Part shown: positions 47,140 to 56,868 of the stretch, piece by piece
Numbering within the stretch: the first letter of the stretch is position 1
How the letters are laid out: each line of letters starts with the position of its first letter
Assembly: GCA_030647555.1 (NCBI GenBank)
Contig: JAUSJG010000024.1
Span: 3,878 to 67,877, forward strand
Reading direction: 5' to 3'
DNA: 64,000 nt
DNA from: a bacterium
GTDB lineage: Bacteria; Patescibacteriota; Andersenbacteria; UBA10190; CAIZMI01
Position numbers and translations under genes: made by a program
Notes under the pieces: model-generated
Told to the model about the DNA's origin: nothing
Database searches by the model: none
Seen by the model: only the letters and a program-made list of their open reading frames with translations

Positions 47140-49266
47140 TTACGGCACGCGATCGCAGTCCGCTTGCCACTCGTCGTCACAACCCTCCGTCGGCCACACA
47201 AAGTCCCCACCAAGCGGTGATAGCGACAAGAGGCCCAACTTCACACTGTCCGGCACGCAGTTGCGTTTATACTGACCGTCAAAAAACCGCCGCCAGAAAA
47301 CCTTTTGCCACTTCACAATCTCCGGCAACGAAAAACTTGGTTCTCCCTCCGAGAAAACTTCCCAAACGGCGCGATTGATCCAGCTGGGACGCCGTCCAAA
47401 GCGTAACCCCCAAAACAAAAAGAATTCGCGCAAGATTTCCGGACCGATAATCTCATCCGTAATCTGAACTCGCTTACCGCCCACTAAGCGCGTCAACTCC
47501 GGTGATGGCGCCAATCCGGCCACTGCTCGAAATGCATCCCGCACGAGCGGTTGACCCACAAACACATGATCCGCCATCCAAAGCAGAACATGTTTTTCCA
47601 AACTCTTGGGCATCGAAGCATTCGGATTGAAATGACTGGCCCCGTCACCATGCATCGTAAACCACCCCACGGCGGCTTCCGTCATCGTGCCGGTACCGAT
47701 AAACATGCCAATCTCGCGTGCCCCGATGGTCAAAGCTAAAACCGTTCTCAACCAGGCCTGCGCGTTTTCAAATGCCAAATCCTCTTTCAAACCATCGTGG
47801 CCGGAGAGAAGAAGAAGCATTTCTGCCAGACCCAACACTTGTTCTGGTCTATCCGAAAGAGGTACATCCAAACTGGAACCATTCTTGGCAATCGGAATTT
47901 CGCGGAAATCAAATCCAAACGCCTCGCCGATTGTTCGCGCCAGATCGCGCGTTTCATCGGTTGTTCCAAACCCCGGAATCGACAAACAAACAACATCGTC
48001 ATGATCGTAATGGAGTAGATCCGCCGCGTGCGCGATCACTCCGGCAACATTTACCGAATCGCGCCCGCCGGAAAGATTGAACAACAACTTCACTTTGCGT
48101 TGTTGCTTCTCCTGCATGTAGCGCCAACGACAAGCTAGCGCGTGCGTTTGAATCCGGTGCACCGTTTCGCAGGCATAAGTAAGTTCCGCCGGATCCTCCG
48201 GCACGAAAGGTGTACGAGAAATCTTTCGCTTTAGAACATACTGGGGAGAGTGTTCGCCCCGATTCGCAAAAGTAACACCAGGACAAGATACTGGCGATTG
48301 ATCCAACCACCCAAACTCTTGCACTCGGAAATCAACAGCCCCGGGGCGCAACATGTTTTCAATCCATGCCTTGTTATCACTAAACGTGTGTTGCTCCAAA
48401 CGATCTTGCACGCAAGAACCAAGATCGACATCGTGCGTAAGATGAGACGACTCGAAACCGAAACGTTGCTCCCCTTGCGCAATAATGTTGCCCCGTTCCG
48501 CCACAAGAATCTGGTTGTCCCAAGCAAGTCCCCGATTTCCTTCTCCGGGACCAGCGGAAACATACAAATAGACATTGTTGTTTTTTCCGGAAGCGACTTT
48601 GACCAAGTCCTGCCGAAACAAATCTTTACCAATTGTAATGTTACTGGCCGAGAGATTCATCTCCACCATCGCTCCCCAGAGGGCGGCAAAGGCGGAAGGA
48701 CTGATGGGTACCCACATGTCCTCGCACAGTTCGTGATGCAAAATGAAGTCTTCGCAAAACTTGTGCTTGAGCAAAATGTCCCAACCACAGGGAATTACCG
48801 TTCCCAACAACCGCATCTGCCGTAAGGTTGACCGATAGCCGGGAATAAAAAACTTGTGCTCCAAGAACTCGCGATAGTTTGGCAAGAAACTTTTGATGTG
48901 CCCCGACAAGGGGCGCCCGCCGTAAAACGAAATTGCGCAGTTATACAAATCCGTACCTTGCACGATTGGCGCGCCAACTGTGATGAGCATCGGAAAATTG
49001 CGTGTCTTTTCGGCCAATTCGGCCAATGTTTCCAGTGTCGCCTCTTGCAACGTTTCGCTCTGAAACATTTTGTCACAGCTGTAGCCGGTAATGGAAAGCT
49101 CCTGAAAACCGGCAAATTGCGAACCTTCCTGCTTCATCTGTTGTAAAACCTGCATGTGTTCATCGAGATTCTTACGCGGTGCACCAATGTGCGTCCGTGT
49201 TACACCCAACGAGACACGTGCAAAACGATGATGACGCAAATCGTACCAGTCGTAATTGTTCTTCAT
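47140..49266 (-). CDS. nadE: Glutamine-dependent NAD+ synthetase
   Basis: Nitrilase triad (QELSITGY, KSFLPNYREF, ELCEDMW), LSGGRDS, ENAQA, GTGTMTE and SPEL motifs. Confidence 0.93.
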   Translation of the reverse strand: MKNNYDWYDLRHHRFARVSLGVTRTHIGAPRKNLDEHMQVLQQMKQEGSQFAGFQELSITGYSCDKMFQSETLQEATLETLAELAEKTRNFPMLITVGAPIVQGTDLYNCAISFYGGRPLSGHIKSFLPNYREFLEHKFFIPGYRSTLRQMRLLGTVIPCGWDILLKHKFCEDFILHHELCEDMWVPISPSAFAALWGAMVEMNLSASNITIGKDLFRQDLVKVASGKNNNVYLYVSAGPGEGNRGLAWDNQILVAERGNIIAQGEQRFGFESSHLTHDVDLGSCVQDRLEQHTFSDNKAWIENMLRPGAVDFRVQEFGWLDQSPVSCPGVTFANRGEHSPQYVLKRKISRTPFVPEDPAELTYACETVHRIQTHALACRWRYMQEKQQRKVKLLFNLSGGRDSVNVAGVIAHAADLLHYDHDDVVCLSIPGFGTTDETRDLARTIGEAFGFDFREIPIAKNGSSLDVPLSDRPEQVLGLAEMLLLLSGHDGLKEDLAFENAQAWLRTVLALTIGAREIGMFIGTGTMTEAAVGWFTMHGDGASHFNPNASMPKSLEKHVLLWMADHVFVGQPLVRDAFRAVAGLAPSPELTRLVGGKRVQITDEIIGPEILREFFLFWGLRFGRRPSWINRAVWEVFSEGEPSFSLPEIVKWQKVFWRRFFDGQYKRNCVPDSVKLGLLSLSPLGGDFVWPTEGCDDEWQADCDRVP

Positions 49267-49297
49267 TTTGGTTTCCTCTATGCTTTGGTTTCAGAAA

Positions 49298-50272
49298 CTA
49301 GTTTTCGAAATAACTCCGCACCGCCAAGATCTGCTTGGAGATATCGCAGTCAAGTGGCAAAACTTCAAACGGATGACAATCATCTGCCTCCCTTAGGGCG
49401 TTAATCGTCCATGGACAGGAATTCGTCGTCCAGAAATGTTCAATCGGAAAATCCGCGTTGCAGATTTTGGTCCAAGACTGATTTGGTGCAACAAGGTGGG
49501 TCGCGTACATACTGATTTTTTTGGCACCACCCCTAATAAGCACCTCACCACATTTCAGTTGTGTACCAAAGGTTTGAGCAAGATCATCAACGACCACGCA
49601 GTGACGACCACGCGGTTCACCTTCTTTAATCGTCACGATCCTCCGATTACCTTCCCTGTGTTTATCGCAAATAATCAGAGGCCACTCGCTAAACATTTCC
49701 CCGAAGCGTTTTTTTGCGCCCTCGTCGGGAAATACGACAGATACGTTGTTACGATCAGGCAATCCACGCAAATGTTTCTGAAGCATCGGAATCGCGCTTG
49801 TCAAAATAGGCAACATATTTGTTCCTTCGAAAATAAACCATTCCGACAAGGCATGCATATCCCAAATCACCACACGATTCTTCAAGGAAACACAAGATGG
49901 AATACTCGACAAATCACGCGCCATTGATTTGGCCGTGACAATCCGACCTTGCCGATCCATTCGCTCCATTGTCCCGGTTGGGAAAAAGGGAAGAATAATC
50001 GTGAGCGAACGCGCTTGGTAATACGCGAAAGCACTCATTACCCAGCGTTGCGTGACACTGTCCTGTGGATTTTCAAAGGCCGCCAAAAACGCCACGTCGC
50101 GCCCCCTCAAGGAGTTTTCATCTTTCATCACAATGTGAAAGTCCGGCCAACTGTCGGCAAAACGGCCCCATTGAATGTTTCCTCGCACCATCCCGGAACC
50201 GACGCCGGTAATCGACCGCGCCATCTGTTCCATTGCCTCACAATAATAGACAATAATCGGTTTCATCATCAA
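49298..50272 (-). CDS. prs: Ribose-phosphate pyrophosphokinase, class II-like
   Basis: WGRFADSWP, PFFPTGTMER, FPDEGAKKRF and VVDDLAQTFGT motifs. Confidence 0.9.
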   Translation of the reverse strand: MMMKPIIVYYCEAMEQMARSITGVGSGMVRGNIQWGRFADSWPDFHIVMKDENSLRGRDVAFLAAFENPQDSVTQRWVMSAFAYYQARSLTIILPFFPTGTMERMDRQGRIVTAKSMARDLSSIPSCVSLKNRVVIWDMHALSEWFIFEGTNMLPILTSAIPMLQKHLRGLPDRNNVSVVFPDEGAKKRFGEMFSEWPLIICDKHREGNRRIVTIKEGEPRGRHCVVVDDLAQTFGTQLKCGEVLIRGGAKKISMYATHLVAPNQSWTKICNADFPIEHFWTTNSCPWTINALREADDCHPFEVLPLDCDISKQILAVRSYFEN

Positions 50273-50438
50273 TCTCCTTCTCTACTTATGTAGTTGTGAA
50301 AAAACCATCCGACACAAACTGTAAACTTCCGTTGCAATGGCCGAACAATTTTGTTGTTCAGCTGCTGCAAAAAAGGGCCGCGTAAAATTGCACTTGGTGC
50401 AATTACGCGGCTGGATTTTGGTTACTTTCAAAAGGGAG

Positions 50439-51683
50439 CTAAACCCGGCAAACTTCCGTGTCGTTATGCGTGTGTCCGTAGATACGCTTAGCACGCGCGA
50501 TGTCTTCCAACCTTCCAACAGCCTTCGCAAGATTATCGGAAAGTTTTACCGGCCAGCGACCGTTGGCACGGATAATTTTGGCAACGAGCGAGATCGGATC
50601 GATCCCCAAATCATTCCCTAAATCCGTCCCCCACCCGTAGCAGGTACCGAGCCGGTTCTCAAAATGAAGATAGAGTTCAATGATTCTCTCCGCCCACAGA
50701 CCGTCCGAAAACACACCAAGCTTGGTAAGTGGATTAACACCGAACCCCTTGTAAAACTGAATCGCCCGCTCACCCCACTTGAAGGGGTCACCCGAATCCT
50801 GACGCAACCCTTTCCAGAGCATCGCTTGTTCTCGCGTCATATCCCGGAAGAAAAAATCACTGCCGAAAGTATCGGTTAAAGCGATTGAGAGCGACTCGCC
50901 GTACAAATCCCACCAATCTTTCAGCATTTGCTGATGCGATTGCCGGATCGAATCGTCATCATCTCCAAATAGGCAAGCATAGACCATGTCAAGCTCGTGC
51001 GCTTGCGTCCCTTGGACTTTCAAACCTTGTTCCATCGCAATCCACACGTTGGAGGTACCGGTCAGCTGCTCAGGTTTCAATTCATTCATAAGTCGACAAA
51101 TTACTTTTTCTTGCCAATCAAGACAACAACGCCGGCGTGTACTAAACTCCATGATCCGAATTCCGGGATACTGCGAAATCATCTCCAATTTTCTTCCCAA
51201 CCGGAGATGTCCTTCCTTGTACAAATCCTGCAACGTCATATCCTGCGCTCGCAACACAAATTGGTTGCGAAGTTGGTTGACAATGGTAATACCAATCGTT
51301 TCCCAAGGACTCGCTTCTTCCCATGCGCCTGGAAACCGCAAATCGTACTGCCCGTCCAATCCAACCTCTAACTCATAGGGGGGCAACTGAAATTCGCGCA
51401 GATAATCCACAAACTCTGGCGCATACTGCGGCCGTCCATCAGAAAGACGAAAGCTTCGCAGATAGTCCAATTCGCGATCGGTAAACCGCAATGTTCGACA
51501 ATGGTCAAGCTGGGCCTGCAGTTCGCTAATGGGGATAATATCCGCCAACCGCACGCTCTTTGTGCGGTTGTTCATCGCAAGAACCACCGGCACACCCCGC
51601 CGTTTACTCCAAATCAATTGTTGCATGTTGAGTTTATAGACGTCCAAATCGGTCAAGTGATTGATAATCGGTTTTTCTTTCAC
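50439..51683 (-). CDS. pncB: Nicotinate phosphoribosyltransferase
   Basis: DLDVYKLNM, EFSTRRR, GTSNV, GTQAHE, LTDTFGS, RQDSGDP and KLSDN motifs. Confidence 0.95.
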   Translation of the reverse strand: MKEKPIINHLTDLDVYKLNMQQLIWSKRRGVPVVLAMNNRTKSVRLADIIPISELQAQLDHCRTLRFTDRELDYLRSFRLSDGRPQYAPEFVDYLREFQLPPYELEVGLDGQYDLRFPGAWEEASPWETIGITIVNQLRNQFVLRAQDMTLQDLYKEGHLRLGRKLEMISQYPGIRIMEFSTRRRCCLDWQEKVICRLMNELKPEQLTGTSNVWIAMEQGLKVQGTQAHELDMVYACLFGDDDDSIRQSHQQMLKDWWDLYGESLSIALTDTFGSDFFFRDMTREQAMLWKGLRQDSGDPFKWGERAIQFYKGFGVNPLTKLGVFSDGLWAERIIELYLHFENRLGTCYGWGTDLGNDLGIDPISLVAKIIRANGRWPVKLSDNLAKAVGRLEDIARAKRIYGHTHNDTEVCRV

Positions 51684-51721
51684 TGCTCATTCCTTTTCTA
51701 AAATGGGTTTTAGAGAAACAA

Positions 51722-52339
51722 CTAGCTCACACGGTACAACCCGCGTGACAGAATGTAATCGGCCGATTGAGGATTAACATGTTCTATCAAAGCTGCACGA
51801 TCACCACTGGCAGCTGCCTCGCGCGCCGCGGTAGAACTTTCGTCTTTTCCGTCTACTCCTAATACTTGTGATTCAGGCGGATAATCTTCTTCGTCTATTT
51901 CATATCCGACCCGCAGGATAACGTAAAATGGAAACGTCACCCACAACAAAGGACCCTGAATCCAATCTAAACAGATTTTCGATCCCGAAAAACCGCCTCG
52001 CACCAGATCCGCTCCGACAGCCAGCCAGAGCTCAACAGCGCCTACGGTTGTATCTTGCAAAAATTGCATTTGTTGAAAGGTGGCCTTTCGCTTGACTTGG
52101 TTCATTCGCGTTAAATCGGATAGATCCAAAACAACATTGTTCGGTAAGTTTGGAAAAGCCAACACCGCCAATGCCGCGCGTTCGCTGGGATACAAAGTTC
52201 TTGAAGAAGACTTATCATCCCGCGGACCGCACACGGCAACAATCAACTGGTCGCACAAGGTGGCCAACCGCCGAACAATGCGCTCGTGCGCCAAAGTTCC
52301 CGGATTACAGCTCAAACCGTAACGAATTATTTTCGTCAT
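51722..52339 (-). CDS. nadD: Nicotinate-nucleotide adenylyltransferase, divergent
   Basis: GLSCNPGTLAH (HIGH-like), VGADL, W..G..L and SSTAAR motifs; next to pncB. Confidence 0.8.
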   Translation of the reverse strand: MTKIIRYGLSCNPGTLAHERIVRRLATLCDQLIVAVCGPRDDKSSSRTLYPSERAALAVLAFPNLPNNVVLDLSDLTRMNQVKRKATFQQMQFLQDTTVGAVELWLAVGADLVRGGFSGSKICLDWIQGPLLWVTFPFYVILRVGYEIDEEDYPPESQVLGVDGKDESSTAAREAAASGDRAALIEHVNPQSADYILSRGLYRVS

Positions 52340-52447
52340 TAACTTGTTCCTTTAAGTAACCAAAATTGTCATAGAACATGATTTCAAAACGCTTTTGAAA
52401 CCAGAGAAATATTGTCGAAAATTCAACAACAGTTCTCTAAAAAATTC

Positions 52448-52476
52448 GGCGCGGGAAGCAGGTTTCTTCCCGCGCC
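52448..52476 (-). terminator. Intrinsic terminator after the NUDIX gene
   Basis: GGCGCGGGAAG-loop-CTTCCCGCGCC with an adjacent minus-strand T run. Confidence 0.75.
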
Positions 52477-52497
52477 AACGAACTTACTTCCTAATAT

Positions 52498-53268
52498 CTA
52501 TTGACCTAGTACAAGGTTCCCGACGATGTTCTTAACAATCGTGCACGCACTGTCATTTTGCAGTAAAAACATCATCAACGCGGCGAAAGCTTTTCCGTCC
52601 GTAATTGCACCGAGTTGCAGATGCGCAAGAAATTGCTCGACAGTGAGAAACTCTACCGCGATTTCTTCGTTCTCTTCATCAACGCCACGCAGATATTTCG
52701 CGATTGTTCCCATCTTTCGCCTGGAAACACGGATCGTCACCGAGAAGCAAGTGATCTGCTCATCGCAACCGCCCGCGGACGGCGTAAATTTGCCCAGTTT
52801 CCGGAGTTTTTCTTTCTTGCGCCGATTGATGTGTAAACCGGTTTCTTCGTCAAGTTCAGCAAGCGCGCGGGAGTTGACTTCATCATCATCCAACATTCCC
52901 GCCGGAATCTCGATGAATCCTGCACTACCGAGGGGAACTCGAGCCTGTTTCGTTGTGACAACGAAAATCTCACCTGTTTCCTTACAAACAACGAAGACTA
53001 ACATCGTTACCGAATCCCCGCGCAGAAAGACAATGCCCGGCACTGGTTTCTTGCTCCGACGTTTCACGACATCAGTTTTCATTTTCACAAATGCGACCCG
53101 CGCGCCAAAAATGTCGGAGGACTGAATCTCAATACCACGCAGTTGAAGATTTTCATGATCAAACTTGCGATTTAGCCAGTCATTAAAAACAGGGCTTTCA
53201 ACAACTTCGACTGCGCCCCTACCGCAAACTCTGACAACGTCGCCCTTTCTTGTCGTCACTTTAATCAC
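52498..53268 (-). CDS. NUDIX hydrolase, ADP-sugar/ADP-ribose pyrophosphatase-like
   Basis: PGIVFLRGDSV, QARVP, EIPAGMLD..ELDEETG, PSAGGCDE and DGK motifs. Confidence 0.85.
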   Translation of the reverse strand: MIKVTTRKGDVVRVCGRGAVEVVESPVFNDWLNRKFDHENLQLRGIEIQSSDIFGARVAFVKMKTDVVKRRSKKPVPGIVFLRGDSVTMLVFVVCKETGEIFVVTTKQARVPLGSAGFIEIPAGMLDDDEVNSRALAELDEETGLHINRRKKEKLRKLGKFTPSAGGCDEQITCFSVTIRVSRRKMGTIAKYLRGVDEENEEIAVEFLTVEQFLAHLQLGAITDGKAFAALMMFLLQNDSACTIVKNIVGNLVLGQ

Positions 53269-53386
53269 TGCAAATCCCCCAAAATTTGAGAAAGTTTTTG
53301 TAAAACAACACTACTCGGTTTCCCCGAGAGAGCTTGCGCCAAAATTATATTATAATTTTAGTCCAAATTCTCTTGAGAAAAAATTT

Positions 53387-53420
53387 GGAGAGGAACGCAG
53401 TAAATACTGCGTTCCTCTCC
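53387..53420. terminator. Strong hairpin closing the phosphatase-kinase-pncA-vWA unit
   Basis: GGAGAGGAACGCAGTA-AA-TACTGCGTTCCTCTCC. Confidence 0.75.
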
Positions 53421-53451
53421 TCGCTATTGCGATTCTAGATCACACCAGTTG

Positions 53452-53718
53452 TCATCTTCGACGACCGGTGTTTTGTTCTTGAACGATCGCTTCCTTCACG
53501 ATTGCCCGATACTTTCCTTTCCACGACGCGTTCACCTGCGGCCAAAACTTTTCCAGATTTACCGCCGCAACGTCTGACCGCGTAGCCAAACGGTGCGCCA
53601 AATAAACCTGTTCTGCCGCTTCTCCGACAAACGCATCATCGAGATTTCTTCCGCCAGCATTCGCCAACCGAACAAGTTCACATGCTTTCGGAAGCAAAGT
53701 CGTGTCCCGAATTTTCAT
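53452..53718 (-). CDS. Small hypothetical protein in the kinase operon
   Basis: AAGGAG/AGGTG SD, 88 aa, starts 16 nt after the vWA stop. Confidence 0.6.
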   Translation of the reverse strand: MKIRDTTLLPKACELVRLANAGGRNLDDAFVGEAAEQVYLAHRLATRSDVAAVNLEKFWPQVNASWKGKYRAIVKEAIVQEQNTGRRR

Positions 53719-53734
53719 CGTTTCACCTTACTCC

Positions 53735-54724
53735 TTAAGCAAACGAGTCATCATCGCCCGCGCCACTTCCCGCCCCGGCCGGAACGGCATTCTGCGTCGC
53801 CAGCGGTACCGTCGCCTTGATCTTGCCGGCCGAAGCCCGCAAGACCGATGACGACATCCGGAAACCGAGAACACTCATCAATGTATCCGGGTCACTTGGG
53901 AATGCTTGCACCACGGTCTTGAGAAAGCCCATGCCACCAACGACCGTTTGAGGATCAAGACGCTTCATCGCTTGCTCCACTTCAGGATCGTTCTCGCAAG
54001 CCACACATTGGAAAATCCGCAAATCCAAAGCTTCGCGCTCCGCATCGTTATGCAAAACGAGACCCATATTCGAGGCCATCATGTCACGAAGATTTTCGTC
54101 CATGAAACCGTAGAATTGGAAGCTCCATTTCTCGGATAACGCTTTAGTGGCGACGTAAGTTTTCAACTGCTCCCGGTGACCGGGGGCACTTTCGTTGTCG
54201 AAGCCGTCGGAGACGACTACGACCACGCGTCGCACATCGTTGCCGTCCTTTTCCAGCGCCGCGGCCAGCAATTCGCATGCCGCCGTGCCCTGCCGAACCG
54301 GTTCGTAAATCATCGTCGTACCGGAAGGATAATAGACCTGTTCGGTAATTTCCGGCAGACAGTGGGGATCGCCTTTGAGTGCCGTCATAAACGGCACGTC
54401 CGGCCCGTGTGGCTCCCAGGCTTTCCACTTGCTATTGAAGAAAATCACGCGAATGTGCATCTTCCGCCGCTCGTGCGACTTCATCAGCACTTCGCGAAAC
54501 GAATTCAGACCTTTTCGCACAGCTTGTGCTTTTCCAGAAAGAGAACCGGACATGTCCACCACCACCACCAACGCTGTCGCCTCGCCTTCCTGCGTTTCCG
54601 CTTGTTGGGCATAGGAAACAATCGCTTGTGGCAAATGTGCCCCGGCGATCGTACCGAGCACCATCTGTTGATCGTCGACTGTATCGGCGTCATAGAAGGG
54701 AGCCACCACTTGAGAATTACTCAT
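53735..54724 (-). CDS. vWA (TerY-like) domain protein; probable start 54724
   Basis: MIDAS DMSGS, Y.PSGTTMIY and VVSDGFDNES motifs. Confidence 0.85.
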   Translation of the reverse strand: MSNSQVVAPFYDADTVDDQQMVLGTIAGAHLPQAIVSYAQQAETQEGEATALVVVVDMSGSLSGKAQAVRKGLNSFREVLMKSHERRKMHIRVIFFNSKWKAWEPHGPDVPFMTALKGDPHCLPEITEQVYYPSGTTMIYEPVRQGTAACELLAAALEKDGNDVRRVVVVVSDGFDNESAPGHREQLKTYVATKALSEKWSFQFYGFMDENLRDMMASNMGLVLHNDAEREALDLRIFQCVACENDPEVEQAMKRLDPQTVVGGMGFLKTVVQAFPSDPDTLMSVLGFRMSSSVLRASAGKIKATVPLATQNAVPAGAGSGAGDDDSFA

Positions 54725-54834
54725 CTTTCTATACCTTTCTAATGGAGTCCAGAAAAACAGAAACAAGAGAAAAAGAAGTGATGCCACGACACACTGTCGC
54801 GACACCACTAACAAACCAACCAGAAACTCGATAC

Positions 54835-56817
54835 CTATCCGCAGAGCGAGAACGACTCGGTCGTCTCGAACCGCACACCCAACTTGCGCATTTCGGCTTC
54901 TGCTGTTCGCGCATTCTTTTCGAAACCGGGGATGTCACAGCTGGTATCCCAAAGATACACCATCCGCTCTAACAAATCTTTCCGCCCGGAAGCAATACAC
55001 TTTTCCATGGCTTGCTGCATACTGCGCAAAACACAGTGCGTACGCGCCTGGCCGGACACTACCACCAGATCGAACGGCGGAATGCCCAATTCGGGAAATC
55101 CCTCGAACAACTGGAGAATGGAAAAAGTAGCTTGAGCGTTGGGATCGGTCGTAATTTCATACTCCGGTCCGAACACACCATAGAACTCCGTGCGCCACGA
55201 CATCCCCTTCGGGAAAAACATGGGCTCGGTTTCGATTGTCCCCCGCAAAAAGTTGCGGTGGTACATCGCCGCCATCACCAGCGGATCCAGCGTGGAACCG
55301 TAGGTAAACCGGTGGCAATGCTTGGTCCACAAAACCACAAACCCCAACTTGTTCACGTAATCCCAGGTCTCGTCGAGAAACTCTTGGGATCGCGTAATCG
55401 GTTGGTACCAACCATCCGGATTGTGCTGGGGATGCCAGCACGAACTGGGCAAAACAACCGGAAACGGCTTGTCCGCTCCATCAATAAACAGGTGCGGATG
55501 CGCACCGGCCGGCAACCCGAACGGGTTATTCGCCCGCAGTTGCCAGTAGTGCATATCAAACCGTGCCGTCAATGGATGGAAATCAATCGTATATCCGTCG
55601 CCGGTAATCGCCGCCGCGTTTCGCAGATCCCATTCGACTGAACGAATGGTTCCACTCCACGCGTTGGGCACACTCAAATGCCCACCCATCACCGACAAAC
55701 TTTGGAAACAACTCCCCGCTTCGGGATCATCCGTCCAGACAACCCGATTGCGCGGATTTTTTCCACCCTCTTTCCACCAATCCGGCACATCCAAAGTATC
55801 CCGGAAAACGTGAGGTAACACGCGAGTGACACACCCGGTCTTCACATCCACCGTCGTAAACGGCGACAAGAAGTCCGTCTGTTCATCCACATGCAATCGG
55901 AAAACCCGCGGAGAGTCTTTGCCCGTCTTTCTGACACCGTACTTACCGGCCATCCGGTATGCCTCCGCCTGGATCACATCCGCGTTGGGTTGGAACCAGG
56001 GGTTGACGCACAACGACCGATCGTACCAACCCGGCAACGGCAATTGCGGAACACTCGTCAACGGCGACTTTTTCGTAAAGATCGGCGCCGCATCCGCAAC
56101 CGCTTGCTTGGTCGGCGGAATTTCTGCTTCGAACGGAAACAACTCGTGTTCACCCACTTTCGAAATCGGCAAGTTGGCGATGGCATATTCCTTCACGCCA
56201 CGCTGTCCCTGATCGTCGTAGGTGTAGCCGTCACCTTTGTACGTCTCACGCAGGTGTACCGAGAAGTACAAGAACTGCCGAAACGCCACCAGGTCACGAC
56301 CACTCATCAAATAACGCTCGTAGGTCATAAACCTTGGATCGTCTTGGCTCTTGTTCGTGACCTTCACCTCGACGTCCAACCACTTGTAGCCCGAACGCGT
56401 CTGCAGCGTTGCGAACTCCGTGGACTTCAACTGTTGGCGATGCCGTTTTACATCAACGGCCAGATCCGGATAAGCATCGACAACAACATCGAGCATCCCG
56501 TCCCATGTCGCCAATCGGGCTTTCGTCCCCGTTTCCGGGAAAACGATCGTCTGGACTTTGTAACCGGCCAGCAGTTTTTCCCTGGCGTAATCCTCGTTCC
56601 AACCGATCGCCATCAACACCTCCCAGCCGGACAAGCCAATCAAACCCGCCAGACCGTTACTGTCCACCAGCATCACGATCTTGCGGTTGACGTCGTCCGC
56701 CATGGTTTCGAAATCTTTCGGCGACTTGCCTCGCAGCACGCGACCGCAAAGGCCAGTCACGGAATCACGCTTGCCGCTCAAAAAAGCTTTTCTGTACTCG
56801 CTAATCGTTCGAATCAT
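54835..56817 (-). CDS. Fusion: unknown N-terminal domain + nicotinamidase (PncA/isochorismatase-like) domain
   Basis: HVDEQTDF, TIDFH, WTKHC, FPKG and GQARTHCV motifs in the C-terminal part; first ~235 aa unassigned. Confidence 0.8.
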   Translation of the reverse strand: MIRTISEYRKAFLSGKRDSVTGLCGRVLRGKSPKDFETMADDVNRKIVMLVDSNGLAGLIGLSGWEVLMAIGWNEDYAREKLLAGYKVQTIVFPETGTKARLATWDGMLDVVVDAYPDLAVDVKRHRQQLKSTEFATLQTRSGYKWLDVEVKVTNKSQDDPRFMTYERYLMSGRDLVAFRQFLYFSVHLRETYKGDGYTYDDQGQRGVKEYAIANLPISKVGEHELFPFEAEIPPTKQAVADAAPIFTKKSPLTSVPQLPLPGWYDRSLCVNPWFQPNADVIQAEAYRMAGKYGVRKTGKDSPRVFRLHVDEQTDFLSPFTTVDVKTGCVTRVLPHVFRDTLDVPDWWKEGGKNPRNRVVWTDDPEAGSCFQSLSVMGGHLSVPNAWSGTIRSVEWDLRNAAAITGDGYTIDFHPLTARFDMHYWQLRANNPFGLPAGAHPHLFIDGADKPFPVVLPSSCWHPQHNPDGWYQPITRSQEFLDETWDYVNKLGFVVLWTKHCHRFTYGSTLDPLVMAAMYHRNFLRGTIETEPMFFPKGMSWRTEFYGVFGPEYEITTDPNAQATFSILQLFEGFPELGIPPFDLVVVSGQARTHCVLRSMQQAMEKCIASGRKDLLERMVYLWDTSCDIPGFEKNARTAEAEMRKLGVRFETTESFSLCG

Positions 56818-56868
56818 TTCAGATCCTCTCTCTTACTAAGGGTTCACAAGAAACACGAAACACAAACT

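Noticed and set aside
50273-53330. Inverted-repeat bracketing of the prs-nadE and NUDIX units
   Set aside because: BoxA-like motifs are present (50293-50306, 53298-53309), but the end complementarity is short and bulged, so it was not counted as evidence.
54725-54814. Apparent signal/TM segment at the vWA N-terminus
   Set aside because: Comes from a pyrimidine-rich spacer; the SD-preceded ATG at 54724 is a better start.
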